Origin: Cyanobacteriota bacterium
GTDB taxonomy: Bacteria > Cyanobacteriota > Cyanobacteriia > Thermostichales > Thermostichaceae
Direction of reading: 5' to 3'
Length of the DNA: 64,000 nt
Assembly: GCA_033764955.1 (NCBI GenBank)
Contig: JANRIL010000020.1
Location: 96,001-160,000, forward strand
Below the pieces are notes generated by a model. It did no database searches, was not told the DNA's origin, and was given only the letters and a program-made list of their open reading frames with translations. Numbering within the stretch: position 1 is the first letter of the stretch; each line of letters starts with the position of its first letter. Of the stretch, positions 30,750-40,291 are shown one piece after another. A program made the position numbers and the translations under genes.

Positions 30750-30895
30750 AATGCCGACGGGGTTAGCTGACGGGCTGGAGCTAAGAGATGCTCCTCTGGT
30801 TGAGACCAACGGCGACAACCACGATACGCCCCTTGGATTGGATCCCCCGCTTCAGAAAACTTAGGAATGAATTTCCCTTAATTTTCTGAACTAGG
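30750..30895 (-). ncRNA. c-di-AMP (ydaO/yuaA) riboswitch
   Basis: Minus strand contains CGGGGGATCCA...GGGGCGTATC...GCCCGTCAGCTAACCCCGTCGGC, the hallmark motifs. Confidence 0.88.
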
Positions 30896-31280
30896 CTGAC
30901 TGACTCCATACACCGCCATTAGGTTAGCATCCGTATCTTGCCGGATCAAGGGGTGAACTCAGGGATCCCTGCTAGATGGAGGCTATTCTGTTCCTAAGGC
31001 ATAGATGGCGGCTCAAGGACTACGGAGAAACAGTTTGATAATTGAAGTTCCTTGTTCAAGGGAAACCCCTACCCACCCATTCCTCTCAGGGCTGATTGAC
31101 CTGGGCAGAGAGGCCACGAAATGAAACCGATCCACTCCAGTCCCAGACTGTTCTCTGACGAAAAAGCTTTGGATAGACGGGAACACTGGTGGGATCCTCC
31201 ACTGCCGCTGGGTATCCTAAGGAACAAGTCGGCTGCTATGTTGGTCTTGAAGTTCGTTCAATCTCCCCACCTGAGTTGAC

Positions 31281-32336
31281 ATGATGCTGCCTTCCTCCCT
31301 CTGGCACTGCTGGATTGCCCTAGCGCTGGTTGGACTATCGGGGATCCCACCCGTTAGCGCCCAGTCCCAAAGCGCCTTGAATGCCCAGTTAACGGAAGCC
31401 GTCAACCAGCAAAACTGGTCGCGGGCGATAGCGATTGTGGATGGCATGATTGAAAAAACAACCGACTCCGAAGCCAAAGCCAAATTGACCCGTTATCGAG
31501 CCAGTTTGCGGCAATGCCAGCAAGGGCAGTGTGCCGGCGCAACCGCCCCCACTCCCACCGCCCCCCCCGGTTCCATCACCCCGCCCCCCGCCGCCCCTGT
31601 GGTCGCCCAAGCCCCGCCACCGGCCTCCGCCAACTCGCTCGTGAGTGCCCAACAAAAACTGAAGGCTGGAGATCTGTTAGGGGCGATTGACGAGTTCAGC
31701 GCCGCCCTGCAAACCAATCCAGAATTAGTGGCAGCCTATACAGGGCGAGGCTTAGCTTACTATCGATTGGCGGATTTTCAGGCGGCCAGTCAGGACTTTT
31801 CGGCAGCCCTCGAGCGGGATCCCAATAACGCCAAGCTCTACCAACAACGGGGGGTCACCTTCTTTAAGCTGAATGATTTAACCCGCGCCCTTGAGGATCT
31901 CAACCAGGCCATCGGACGGGATCCCAAACAGGCGGTGCCCTACTACAACCGCAGCCTGATCTATGCCGAGGTTGGCCGCTACGAAGATGCCCGCCAAGAC
32001 AGCGAACAAGCCCTGCAACTGGATCCGAAACTGGCGGTGGCCTATCAAACCTATGGCATCGCTAACTATCGATTGGGGCAGGTGAATGTCGCTATCCAAG
32101 CCCTTGACCAAGCCATCAAACTGGATCCCCAACTGGCCTCAGCCCTGCAAAACCGGGGGTATATTCGGGTCAAACAGGGGGAATGGCCCGACGCCCTTGA
32201 CGATCTTAAAGCGGCAGCGGCTCTTTACGTTCAGCAAAATCAGCCAGATCTTTATCAACAGGTTCAAAAACAAATCGATACTTTTGCTCAGATGGATGTC
32301 CTAGAAACCAGTCCCAGCCCGACGGTCTCTCCCTAG
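31281..32336 (+). CDS. Secreted TPR-repeat protein
   Basis: Signal peptide, Pro/Ala linker, repeated AYxxRG...ALELDP-type TPR units. Confidence 0.92.
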   Translation: MMLPSSLWHCWIALALVGLSGIPPVSAQSQSALNAQLTEAVNQQNWSRAIAIVDGMIEKTTDSEAKAKLTRYRASLRQCQQGQCAGATAPTPTAPPGSITPPPAAPVVAQAPPPASANSLVSAQQKLKAGDLLGAIDEFSAALQTNPELVAAYTGRGLAYYRLADFQAASQDFSAALERDPNNAKLYQQRGVTFFKLNDLTRALEDLNQAIGRDPKQAVPYYNRSLIYAEVGRYEDARQDSEQALQLDPKLAVAYQTYGIANYRLGQVNVAIQALDQAIKLDPQLASALQNRGYIRVKQGEWPDALDDLKAAAALYVQQNQPDLYQQVQKQIDTFAQMDVLETSPSPTVSP

Positions 32337-32430
32337 TTACAGAATCCTTAGTTTGGATCCGTTATCCTCTAAGCAAGGCCCACGATTATGGTTCCCCCTC
32401 CGTCCCCACCCCCTAGTTGATGGATTTTTT

Positions 32431-32751
32431 ATGGAAACCCAGTCCCTAACGCCCCTGGATCAACTGCAAGCCTTCGCTCAAGATGATGGCAAGCCTTTAC
32501 AAGTTATCCTAGACGAAGCCATTTTTTTGCTGCGGCGGCAGCGCATCCGTCATCTGGATCGCCTAACCCGTCGGGATCCCCAGTTAGTGGAACAAGACTT
32601 TGGCACGACTCCGGCTGCTTGGGCCAGACAAGATATCGAAGAAGACCGTGGACTGATGGAAGACCTAGGAGCCGTGTTCCATGACCCTGAACAATGGCAA
32701 CTGCTGGTGCAGACTATCCAACGCCAAGGTCACCCATCCAGCCTTTCCTAA
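32431..32751 (+). CDS. Hypothetical protein, possibly ribbon-helix-helix-like
   Basis: ORF filling the gap between TPR and kinase genes; LQVILDEAIFLLRRQR segment. Confidence 0.55.
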   Translation: METQSLTPLDQLQAFAQDDGKPLQVILDEAIFLLRRQRIRHLDRLTRRDPQLVEQDFGTTPAAWARQDIEEDRGLMEDLGAVFHDPEQWQLLVQTIQRQGHPSSLS

Positions 32752-32809
32752 TCCTGACCGTATGGAAATCTAAAGATCCAACCAGCCCACTGCCAAGGAG
32801 GATGGAGTC

Positions 32810-34405
32810 GTGAGTCAACGGGTATCTGGAGAAATCATTGGCAACCGTTACCAGTTGACGGAGCGGATCAGCGCGGGGGGTATGGGGGAAGTGTTTAAGG
32901 GGGTAGATACCCAGCTCTTCCAGCGCACTGTTGCCATCAAGGTGTTACACCAAAATCTGGCCGGAGATGACAAAACCCAGCGTCAACTGCGCCGCCGCTT
33001 TGAAGACGAAGCCCGCCTGAGCACCCTCTTGGGGGAGCATCCCCTCATCATTAAAATCCTTGACTATGGCCTGGATGACCACCAGCCTTACCTGGTCATG
33101 GAATATCTGGCGGGATCCAGCCTGGGGGAGCTGATGTTAAAGCACCACGCTATGGATCCCCGTCATGCGGTGCATATTACCCGGCAGATTTGTGCTGGAC
33201 TGCATCATGCTCATTCTTTTGAAACCAGCTTTGATGATCTGACGATCAAGGGTGTCATTCACCGCGATATCAAACCCAGCAACATCATGGTGATTCACGA
33301 CAAAACCATTGGGGAAACCGTCAAAATCCTGGATTTTGGGATTGCCAAGGTGATCAGCGATGCCTCGATGGCACTGGGCACGCAAACCACAGGTTTTTTG
33401 GGAACTACCCGCTATGCCTCCCCAGAGCAGTTGCGGGGAGAAGAGTTGGATAGTCGCTCGGATATTTACTCACTCGGCTGCGTTCTCTACCGCATGTTGG
33501 CGGGAGAGATGCCCATCACTCCCAACACCGACACCTTTCAGGGCTGGTATCAAAGCCATAACTATCAGCCCGCCCGTCCCTTTGCCCGTGACCAGTTGCC
33601 CCATACCATACCCAAAGCTCTGGAAGAGGTGGTTCTAGCCTGCCTAGAAAAGGATCCCGCCCAGCGTCCCCAAACCATGCAGATTCTCGGATCCGCTCTG
33701 GAAGCCGCCCTCTACACTCCGGGATCCTCGTTGGCTCCCCTACGCACCCATCAGATTATCCGTTCTACTGATGGATTGGCTGGATCCCCAACGTCGGGTT
33801 CGGTCTACACAGCGGAAGCAGAAATCTTTTCGGGAAACACCCTCGCTCAACTGGATGCGGAAGCCGTTGCCACCGCCAAAACCCAGCATCTCACTGCCTT
33901 ACCCGCCGGAACAGACAATCAAGCTCCCCCACTTTGGCAAAAATTCTGGCCGATTGGCCTGCTGGCTCTGCTCATCCTGACCGTCGCTGGAGTGGGTCTG
34001 CGTTTCCTGGTTTCCCCCGGTGAAGAAGACAGCCTACCCCCCCTACCGGCCAGTCCGCTCCCTTCAGGAGAGGCAACTCCGGTCGCCCCTGGCGAGCTGG
34101 ATTTGTTGCCACCGGAGCCGATTCTAGACTTTACTCCCCCCCCTGCCCCCCAGTCTACTTCTCCCCCTCCGGTCGCCACTCCCGTAGCTCCAGCTAAGCC
34201 GGCCACCCCCCCACCCCAAGCTACCCCCCGCCCCACCCCACCCCCGCCTAAACCGGCTACCCCCCCCCCTGCCGTCTCACAACCCCTTTTCCCACAACAA
34301 GCGGCTCCCCAGCCGACCCGTCCACCTGTGCAAGCGGTTCCTACTCCCAACCGGGGGCAAACCCTGCAAGAGTTGAAGGAGCGAGCCAGAGACAGCCGCA
34401 ACTAA
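32810..34405 (+). CDS. Membrane Ser/Thr protein kinase with Pro-rich extracellular tail
   Basis: GGMGEVF, VAIK, HRDIKPSN, DFG, YASPEQ, TM helix; GGAG upstream. Confidence 0.96.
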   Translation: MSQRVSGEIIGNRYQLTERISAGGMGEVFKGVDTQLFQRTVAIKVLHQNLAGDDKTQRQLRRRFEDEARLSTLLGEHPLIIKILDYGLDDHQPYLVMEYLAGSSLGELMLKHHAMDPRHAVHITRQICAGLHHAHSFETSFDDLTIKGVIHRDIKPSNIMVIHDKTIGETVKILDFGIAKVISDASMALGTQTTGFLGTTRYASPEQLRGEELDSRSDIYSLGCVLYRMLAGEMPITPNTDTFQGWYQSHNYQPARPFARDQLPHTIPKALEEVVLACLEKDPAQRPQTMQILGSALEAALYTPGSSLAPLRTHQIIRSTDGLAGSPTSGSVYTAEAEIFSGNTLAQLDAEAVATAKTQHLTALPAGTDNQAPPLWQKFWPIGLLALLILTVAGVGLRFLVSPGEEDSLPPLPASPLPSGEATPVAPGELDLLPPEPILDFTPPPAPQSTSPPPVATPVAPAKPATPPPQATPRPTPPPPKPATPPPAVSQPLFPQQAAPQPTRPPVQAVPTPNRGQTLQELKERARDSRN

Positions 34406-34444
34406 CTCCAGCCCATCCAAGCTCTTCCTTCTGGATTAACCCCT

Positions 34445-34912
34445 GTGCATCTCCCTTCTTTTTTATGGTTATGGCGAGTGGCCGCTTGGTCAATGGGGTT
34501 GACCTGGCTGCTTTACCTGCTGCTGGCAGTAATGGGTTGGATCCTGACCCGCCAACGGCTGCGACCCCAATGGCGACTGGGATTATCCCGCCCCCATTGG
34601 CGACAGCTCCACCTGAGCCTAGGCATTCTCTTGGTGGCTTGTGTCCTGCTCTTGTTAGGAATTGGCATTGTGGGCACTTATGGCCACTACGGCAGTCTGG
34701 GGCATTCTTGGCATTTGCCTGCCGGATTAGCAGTGGTTGCTTTAGTCTGCCTATCCGCTCTGCTGGGTTTATCGATTCAGGGATCCCCCACCGGAAGAGG
34801 GACGATTCGCCGGGAATGGCATGTGGTGGTGAATGGGGTGTTGCTGTTGGCCTTGCTGGGCGTAACCGTGAGTGGCTGGCAGGTGGTGCAAAAATACCTG
34901 CCTCCCCCCTGA
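34445..34912 (+). CDS. DUF4079-like membrane protein
   Basis: LPSFLWLWRVAAWSMG, GHYGSLGHSWHL, conserved His residues in four TM helices. Confidence 0.8.
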   Translation: MHLPSFLWLWRVAAWSMGLTWLLYLLLAVMGWILTRQRLRPQWRLGLSRPHWRQLHLSLGILLVACVLLLLGIGIVGTYGHYGSLGHSWHLPAGLAVVALVCLSALLGLSIQGSPTGRGTIRREWHVVVNGVLLLALLGVTVSGWQVVQKYLPPP

Positions 34913-34984
34913 TTCCCCAGAAATCCCCTCGCCAACGGTTCGGAAGCCATTACAATAGATTACGGACTTTCGCTAGCACCTTCT

Positions 34985-36163
34985 ATGGATTTTGGAGTCG
35001 GGTTTCTTTCCAACAATGTCATGCTGCCGATTCTCGATTTCTTCTACGGAATCGTGCCTAGCTATGGCCTTGCCATCATCTTCCTGACCTTGGTGATCCG
35101 CTTTGCCCTCTATCCCCTCAACGTCGGATCCATCCGTAGTATGCGAAAGATGAAGGTGGTACAACCCCTCATGCAAAAGCGCACGAAAGAGGTGCAGGAG
35201 CGCTATAAAGATGACCCGCAAAAACTACGGGAAGCCCAAAGCCAAATGTATAGCGAATTTGGGGTGAATCCGTTGGGGGGTTGTCTACCTCTGTTTGTAC
35301 AGATGCCTGTCCTGTTTGCGCTGTTTGCCACCCTGCGGGGATCCCCTTTTGCGGCGGTCACCTTTGATATCAATCTGCAAATTTTGCCCAGTGAGGTGAT
35401 GGCAGATGTGGTACCGGCTCCCTTTACCACTCCGGCCAAAAATATCTTCTTGACGGAAACCCTCCACAAACCCGTTGTCTTGACCGATCCACGCGGTCAG
35501 AAAATCGGTGTGGGAGAACAAGTGCCGTTGTTGTTGCAGGGGGCAGAAGGCAAAAACTTTGCCGAGCTGTTAGCTGAAGCCGAAGCGGATGCCAGCAAGC
35601 TTACCCCCACCTGGACGATTACCAAAGGAGGGGATCGTGCCCAGATTCAAGCGGATGGAACCTTGGTTGCCCTAGAACCGGGGGATGTGACGGTGCAGGC
35701 TTCCATTCCGGGGCTTGCGGCTGACACGGGCTTTTTGTTTATCGACAAACTGGGTCGGGTGGGAGCCTTTGATGAGGACGGTACGATTCACTGGGATATC
35801 ATCGCCATGATCCTGGTGTTTGGGGTCAGCATCTATGTCAACCAGTCCCTAACCGGACAAAGTAGCCCTAGCAACAATGCCGATGAAGCCAGCGCTGCCC
35901 AAAATTCCGCCAACAAAATCACACCGATTCTTTTCTCCGGCATGTTTTTGTTCTTCCCGTTGCCAGCAGGGGTGTTGCTCTACATCCTCATTTCCAACAT
36001 TTTCCAAACGGTACAAACCTATCTCCTCTCCCTCGAACCTCTCGATGAAAGCCTGCAAAGCTTGATCGAAGCGGAGCGGCAGACCGCGACACAGGAAGTC
36101 AAAGCCGAAAAAAGCAAGCGCAAAGAGGCGGGAGAACGGGAATCGTTGCCCTTTGAACCCTAA
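34985..36163 (+). CDS. yidC: Membrane protein insertase YidC
   Basis: [37 protein letters not shown]-terminal LPFEP. Confidence 0.98.
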   Translation: MDFGVGFLSNNVMLPILDFFYGIVPSYGLAIIFLTLVIRFALYPLNVGSIRSMRKMKVVQPLMQKRTKEVQERYKDDPQKLREAQSQMYSEFGVNPLGGCLPLFVQMPVLFALFATLRGSPFAAVTFDINLQILPSEVMADVVPAPFTTPAKNIFLTETLHKPVVLTDPRGQKIGVGEQVPLLLQGAEGKNFAELLAEAEADASKLTPTWTITKGGDRAQIQADGTLVALEPGDVTVQASIPGLAADTGFLFIDKLGRVGAFDEDGTIHWDIIAMILVFGVSIYVNQSLTGQSSPSNNADEASAAQNSANKITPILFSGMFLFFPLPAGVLLYILISNIFQTVQTYLLSLEPLDESLQSLIEAERQTATQEVKAEKSKRKEAGERESLPFEP

Positions 36164-36196
36164 GTCCTGGCATGGCTCAGTCCCCTAGGAGGTTGG

Positions 36197-36748
36197 ATGA
36201 CTTCACTGGAACCCTTAGCTACCCCTTCAGCCGATGTGACGGCTCTCCTGGAGCGGGCACAAGCCTGGTTGATGCAGGTATTGCTCCTGATGGGGATCCC
36301 CGCGCAGGTGCAGGTGGTGGGGGAACAACTGGAGATTGTGCCGGATTCCTTATCTCCTGAACAGCAGGATATTTTGTTGGGGGTACAGGAGAATCCCCGC
36401 CAGGATCCGGAAGGGCAAGGGATCCCTTTGGATGCGTTACAGTATCTCGCCAATACCCTCCTGAATATTCATCAATCGGAAGCAAACCAGCGTTCCTACA
36501 CGATTGAGCTGGGGGGCTATCGGCAAAAGCGCCAGCAGGAGTTGCACGAAATGGCTTTGGCGGCGGTGGAACAGGTGCGATCCACCCAAAAAGAGTTTGA
36601 ATTCAAATCCTTGTCGGCGGCGGAGCGGCGACAGGTTCACACCTATTTGGATGATCCCAACTATGCCGATTTAGAAACCTTCAGCCGTGGCAAAGAACCG
36701 GATCGCCGCTTGGTGATTCGGCTGGCTCATTCTGACCCCAGCCTCTGA
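36197..36748 (+). CDS. Jag/EloR-family R3H RNA-binding protein
   Basis: LDALQYLAN, ERRQVH, SRGKEPDRRLVI; follows yidC. Confidence 0.9.
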   Translation: MTSLEPLATPSADVTALLERAQAWLMQVLLLMGIPAQVQVVGEQLEIVPDSLSPEQQDILLGVQENPRQDPEGQGIPLDALQYLANTLLNIHQSEANQRSYTIELGGYRQKRQQELHEMALAAVEQVRSTQKEFEFKSLSAAERRQVHTYLDDPNYADLETFSRGKEPDRRLVIRLAHSDPSL

Positions 36749-36787
36749 ACCTTTGCTTTGGATCCTGCCGTTCTCCCTGTTTTTGCT

Positions 36788-37291
36788 ATGTTGAAACCGA
36801 TTCGTTTGGATGATCTGCAACGACTGCCTCGCCAGACTTATACGCAAACTTTTCAGCAGTTTATCGAGGGGTTTGCCAGTCTGATCCCCGTGACGGGGCA
36901 GGTGGCGATCACGCATCGCGGCAATTTTTTGCAGGCCAATGGTCAAGCCAATACCATTGTTACCCTTTCCTGCCATCGCTGCCTCCAGCAATTCAACCAT
37001 CGGCTGGCCATTCAATTTGAGGAAATTCTTTGGATTGAAGACCCTGCCGCTCATCCCTTGCCCCAGGAGTTGGAAATTGCCCCGGAAGATCTGATGGAGC
37101 GGATCGCCCCCCACGCTGAGTTTGACCTGACGGACTGGGTTTATCAACATCTCTATCTGCAACTGCCGGATCATCTGGCTTGCCGTGCCGATTGTCCAGG
37201 GATCCCTGTCTCCGCTAGCCCCTCTCCGCCTCCGCAGCCATCTGTGGATCCCCGTTGGGCTGCCCTGCGCCGTCTTCAGCCATTCGATTGA
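36788..37291 (+). CDS. YceD (DUF177) family protein
   Basis: CHRCL, CRADCPG, DPRWAAL. Confidence 0.9.
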   Translation: MLKPIRLDDLQRLPRQTYTQTFQQFIEGFASLIPVTGQVAITHRGNFLQANGQANTIVTLSCHRCLQQFNHRLAIQFEEILWIEDPAAHPLPQELEIAPEDLMERIAPHAEFDLTDWVYQHLYLQLPDHLACRADCPGIPVSASPSPPPQPSVDPRWAALRRLQPFD

Positions 37292-37309
37292 ACCCAAGGA
37301 GTCTCTCGC

Positions 37310-37645
37310 GTGCTCACCAACTGGCTGGAATGGATCGGTTTTCACCCTGCTACCGTCGTAGGGATTGGGTTTTGGGGGTTGGCGCTCTACTGGGGATTTG
37401 CTCCCCTCAACGAAAAATTGGTGGAAAAATTGCTTAGCCTGCCCTGGTTGGGTTTTGACCAGATGGGCCTCTTGAGTGGGCTGTTGGGGATTTTGCCGCT
37501 GTTGGCGCTGGCAATCTTTACAGAAAGTCTGATGGAGTGGACTTTAGGTTGCAGTTGGGCGGTATCAGGCAGTGTGATTGCTAGTATGGCGGGGGGAATC
37601 TACGAGTTGGGTCGCCGCGATAGTCAAAGCCACTCCGAGAAATGA
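37310..37645 (+). CDS. Hypothetical membrane protein
   Basis: FWGLALYWGF, SWAVS...GIYELGRRD; AAGGAG upstream. Confidence 0.75.
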   Translation: MLTNWLEWIGFHPATVVGIGFWGLALYWGFAPLNEKLVEKLLSLPWLGFDQMGLLSGLLGILPLLALAIFTESLMEWTLGCSWAVSGSVIASMAGGIYELGRRDSQSHSEK

Positions 37646-37660
37646 AGGGATCCCTGGTAA

Positions 37661-38923
37661 GTGATGGCTATCTCTAATCTAGCTCCATTGCGGCTCAAGG
37701 CGGCCTCCCTCCTCCTCTATCAGGATCTCTGGCAAACGCCACTGGGGCAAGCTTGGTTGAAGCTGCTGGAGATTTGCGATCAGCCAGACAATCTGATAGC
37801 CATTAGGCGCGCCTATGGACTATGGTTTCGCGCCTTAGCGGAGACACAGCTCAGTTGGCAAGAGTGGCTGTTTCAGCAAATTTTATGGGCGGATAATCCT
37901 TTTTCTCGTCGAGCCAGCCAGCAACCCTTCCATCAATTACCCCTTCCTCTGCAAAAAGCGGCGGCTGAGGATTTAGCCCATTTACGCGAGATAGCCATAG
38001 GTTCAGCCAGCCTACGAACCCATCTACAATCCCTAGCCATCCCTGTTGAGTCGTGGTGGGATCCCCTCACCCCCATGGCGGATCCCTTGTGGCAGGCATG
38101 GCAGCAGGCTGAGGACTGCTCACAAATCCTACCGCAACTGGCGGATCGTTACCGTCAAGAGGGAGTTGGTCTCTGGGCTCGGTATCGTGCCTTTCGTTGG
38201 CAGTCTCACCAGTTAGTGGGGGTGGCTCAGACCGATCGCGTGCCAATAGACGATTTGTATGGCAACCTCAAGCAAAAACAACGCCTCTGCGCGAACACGG
38301 AAGCTCTCCTATCCGGCAAGCCTGCTCTGCATGTCTTACTCTATGGGGCGCGGGGCACCGGAAAATCGTCGCTGGTGAAAGCGCTCTTAACCCGTTACGG
38401 GGATGCGGGGTTGCGGCTGCTGGAACTGAGTCCGGCTCAGTTGTTGGATTTGCCCCAGATCCTGCCGCAACTGCAACAGCAACCCCAAGCTTTTATCTTG
38501 TTTGTGGATGATTTGTCCTTTGAAGCGGAAGAACGGGAGTTTAAGCAGCTCAAAGTTTTGTTGGAGGGGGATATTGCCGCTCAACCCGCTAATGTCCGTC
38601 TCTACGCCACCACCAATCGCCGCCATCTGATTCGAGAATATGTTGCCGACCGACCCAACCCTAGCGATCAGGAGATCCATGCCTGGGATACGCTACAAGA
38701 AAAGATGTCGTTGCGGGATCGCTTTGGTTTAACCCTCACATTTACCCCTTTTCGGCAGACGGATTATCTATCCACGGTTGATCACCTCATGGCTAATCGA
38801 GGCTTGAGTGGCCAGCAGGAGATTGTGCAGCGGCAAGCCCTGATGTGGGCGCAACAGCAAAATGGGTTTTCCGGTCGTACCGCCCGTCAATTTGTGGATG
38901 CTTGGCAAGCCGGATTGCTCTAA
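37661..38923 (+). CDS. DUF815-family AAA+ ATPase
   Basis: GARGTGKSS, FVDDLSFE, LYATTNRRHL, EKMSLRDRFG, SGRTARQF. Confidence 0.92.
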   Translation: MMAISNLAPLRLKAASLLLYQDLWQTPLGQAWLKLLEICDQPDNLIAIRRAYGLWFRALAETQLSWQEWLFQQILWADNPFSRRASQQPFHQLPLPLQKAAAEDLAHLREIAIGSASLRTHLQSLAIPVESWWDPLTPMADPLWQAWQQAEDCSQILPQLADRYRQEGVGLWARYRAFRWQSHQLVGVAQTDRVPIDDLYGNLKQKQRLCANTEALLSGKPALHVLLYGARGTGKSSLVKALLTRYGDAGLRLLELSPAQLLDLPQILPQLQQQPQAFILFVDDLSFEAEEREFKQLKVLLEGDIAAQPANVRLYATTNRRHLIREYVADRPNPSDQEIHAWDTLQEKMSLRDRFGLTLTFTPFRQTDYLSTVDHLMANRGLSGQQEIVQRQALMWAQQQNGFSGRTARQFVDAWQAGLL

Positions 38924-38946
38924 AGGTAGCGAATGGGATCCCCCAT

Positions 38947-40071
38947 TCAAGAAAGTGCCGCGGCTGCGGTTTTCTCCACTTGGGCGGCCAGATGGGCTTG
39001 TCGTAATTGTTCCACCAACTCACTGCGCCGCTCATACAGCCGCTTGAGGGGACGAGGGGCTACTTTGCTGAGGGCATAGGCTGTCAGGAGGGGCAGAGCA
39101 ATCGTGGAGTCGCTGTAGACCACTACGGTTCCTGGCAGTTTATCAGGGTCAATCTTCCCCCAGGAAACTGCCTCCGACGGAGTGGCCCCCGACAATCCCC
39201 CCGTATCGGGACGGGCATCCGTGACCTGCAAAAAGAAATCATGCCCTTTTTCGTCAATGCCCAAAACCTCTTGAATCTGCGGCTCGGTTTGCAGCATAAA
39301 GTTCTTGGGGGATCCCCCCCCCAAGATCCACACCCCACTTGCCCCGCCCGACCGTTTCGCCGCTAAGACAATGCCAGCGGTCTCATTCACATCCAGCGAC
39401 ACATCAATCACAGGTCCACGGTTTTGCAGCGCCATTGCCGCCACATTCATGCCAATCGAACTATCCCCAGGACTGGAGGTATAGACAGGAACTCCATAGC
39501 GATAGGCAGCAGCCAGGATTGACTTATTCGGGATCCCTAACGCCTCTTCACGAGCCGCAATATATTTGCCGCAGAGATAATGAAACTGTGCGGATCCCAT
39601 CCGTCCATCAAACTCCGGCTGAACCATGATCTGCCGAAAAAAAGCATCCGTGGAGAGCAAAACCTCATAATCAAAAAAGATGTCATAGATTCTCACCACG
39701 CCCTCTTCCCGCAGCACCACATCGCTAATGTCATGCCGCCCCCGCCTTAGCTCCAGACCAATCCCAAAATGGGTGTCGTGATAAAGGTTAGCGCCCGTTG
39801 AAACAATCCAATCAATAAACCCCGCCTGCATGAGAGGGATGATGGCGGCAATCCCCAACCCTGCCGGAGTCAGCGCCCCCGTGATGCTCATGCCCACGGT
39901 TACATCCGGCTGCAACATCCGCTCGCTCAATAGCTGACAAGCCTCCCGCAGACGACCGGAGTTATAGGAGAGAAAGGTGTGATCAATGAGATCAGTGGCT
40001 GAGATCCCCGCCGTAATTGGCTGAGGATCAATTTTACGCCCACGCAAAAAACGGTTCGGTTGCTCAGCCAT
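38947..40071 (-). CDS. speY: Deoxyhypusine-synthase-like homospermidine synthase
   Basis: [51 protein letters not shown]. Confidence 0.88.
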   Translation of the reverse strand: MAEQPNRFLRGRKIDPQPITAGISATDLIDHTFLSYNSGRLREACQLLSERMLQPDVTVGMSITGALTPAGLGIAAIIPLMQAGFIDWIVSTGANLYHDTHFGIGLELRRGRHDISDVVLREEGVVRIYDIFFDYEVLLSTDAFFRQIMVQPEFDGRMGSAQFHYLCGKYIAAREEALGIPNKSILAAAYRYGVPVYTSSPGDSSIGMNVAAMALQNRGPVIDVSLDVNETAGIVLAAKRSGGASGVWILGGGSPKNFMLQTEPQIQEVLGIDEKGHDFFLQVTDARPDTGGLSGATPSEAVSWGKIDPDKLPGTVVVYSDSTIALPLLTAYALSKVAPRPLKRLYERRSELVEQLRQAHLAAQVEKTAAAALS

Positions 40072-40097
40072 AGGGATGTAGCGATGAAAACGGGGAA

Positions 40098-40182
40098 CGG
40101 AGAGGGTGGGATTCGAACCCACGGTAAGTTGCCCTACACAGCATTTCCAGTGCTGCGCCTTAGACCACTCGGCCACCTCTCC
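40098..40182 (-). tRNA. tRNA-Ser (GGA)
   Basis: GGAGAGGTGGCCGAGTGGTCTAAGGCGCAGCACTGGAAATGCTG...GGTTCGAATCCCACCCTCTCCG; long variable arm; CCA not encoded. Confidence 0.98.
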
Positions 40183-40291
40183 AGGGAATATAGACTCAGG
40201 GCTGAGCCAGCCGTCACCCCAGCAGGGGGAATCAGCTTTGTTATCGTAGCAGATTGACTGGGTTTTGATGCAATCGGTTGGGTTGGGATCC

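Noticed and set aside
31178..31212. GGGAA...GGTG...TCC...CTG-CCGC resembling a cobalamin riboswitch
   Set aside because: The required stem pairing and B12 box are missing, and the match is partly due to the GGATCC repeat
34260..34269. C10 tract in the kinase (and C9 at 2370 in cheA) as phase-variation switches
   Set aside because: Both encode poly-Pro in intact frames; no evidence of slippage from a single sequence
40080..40182. tRNA-Ser as an island integration site
   Set aside because: No integrase or duplicated tRNA 3' end noticed, and the flanking genes are core metabolic genes
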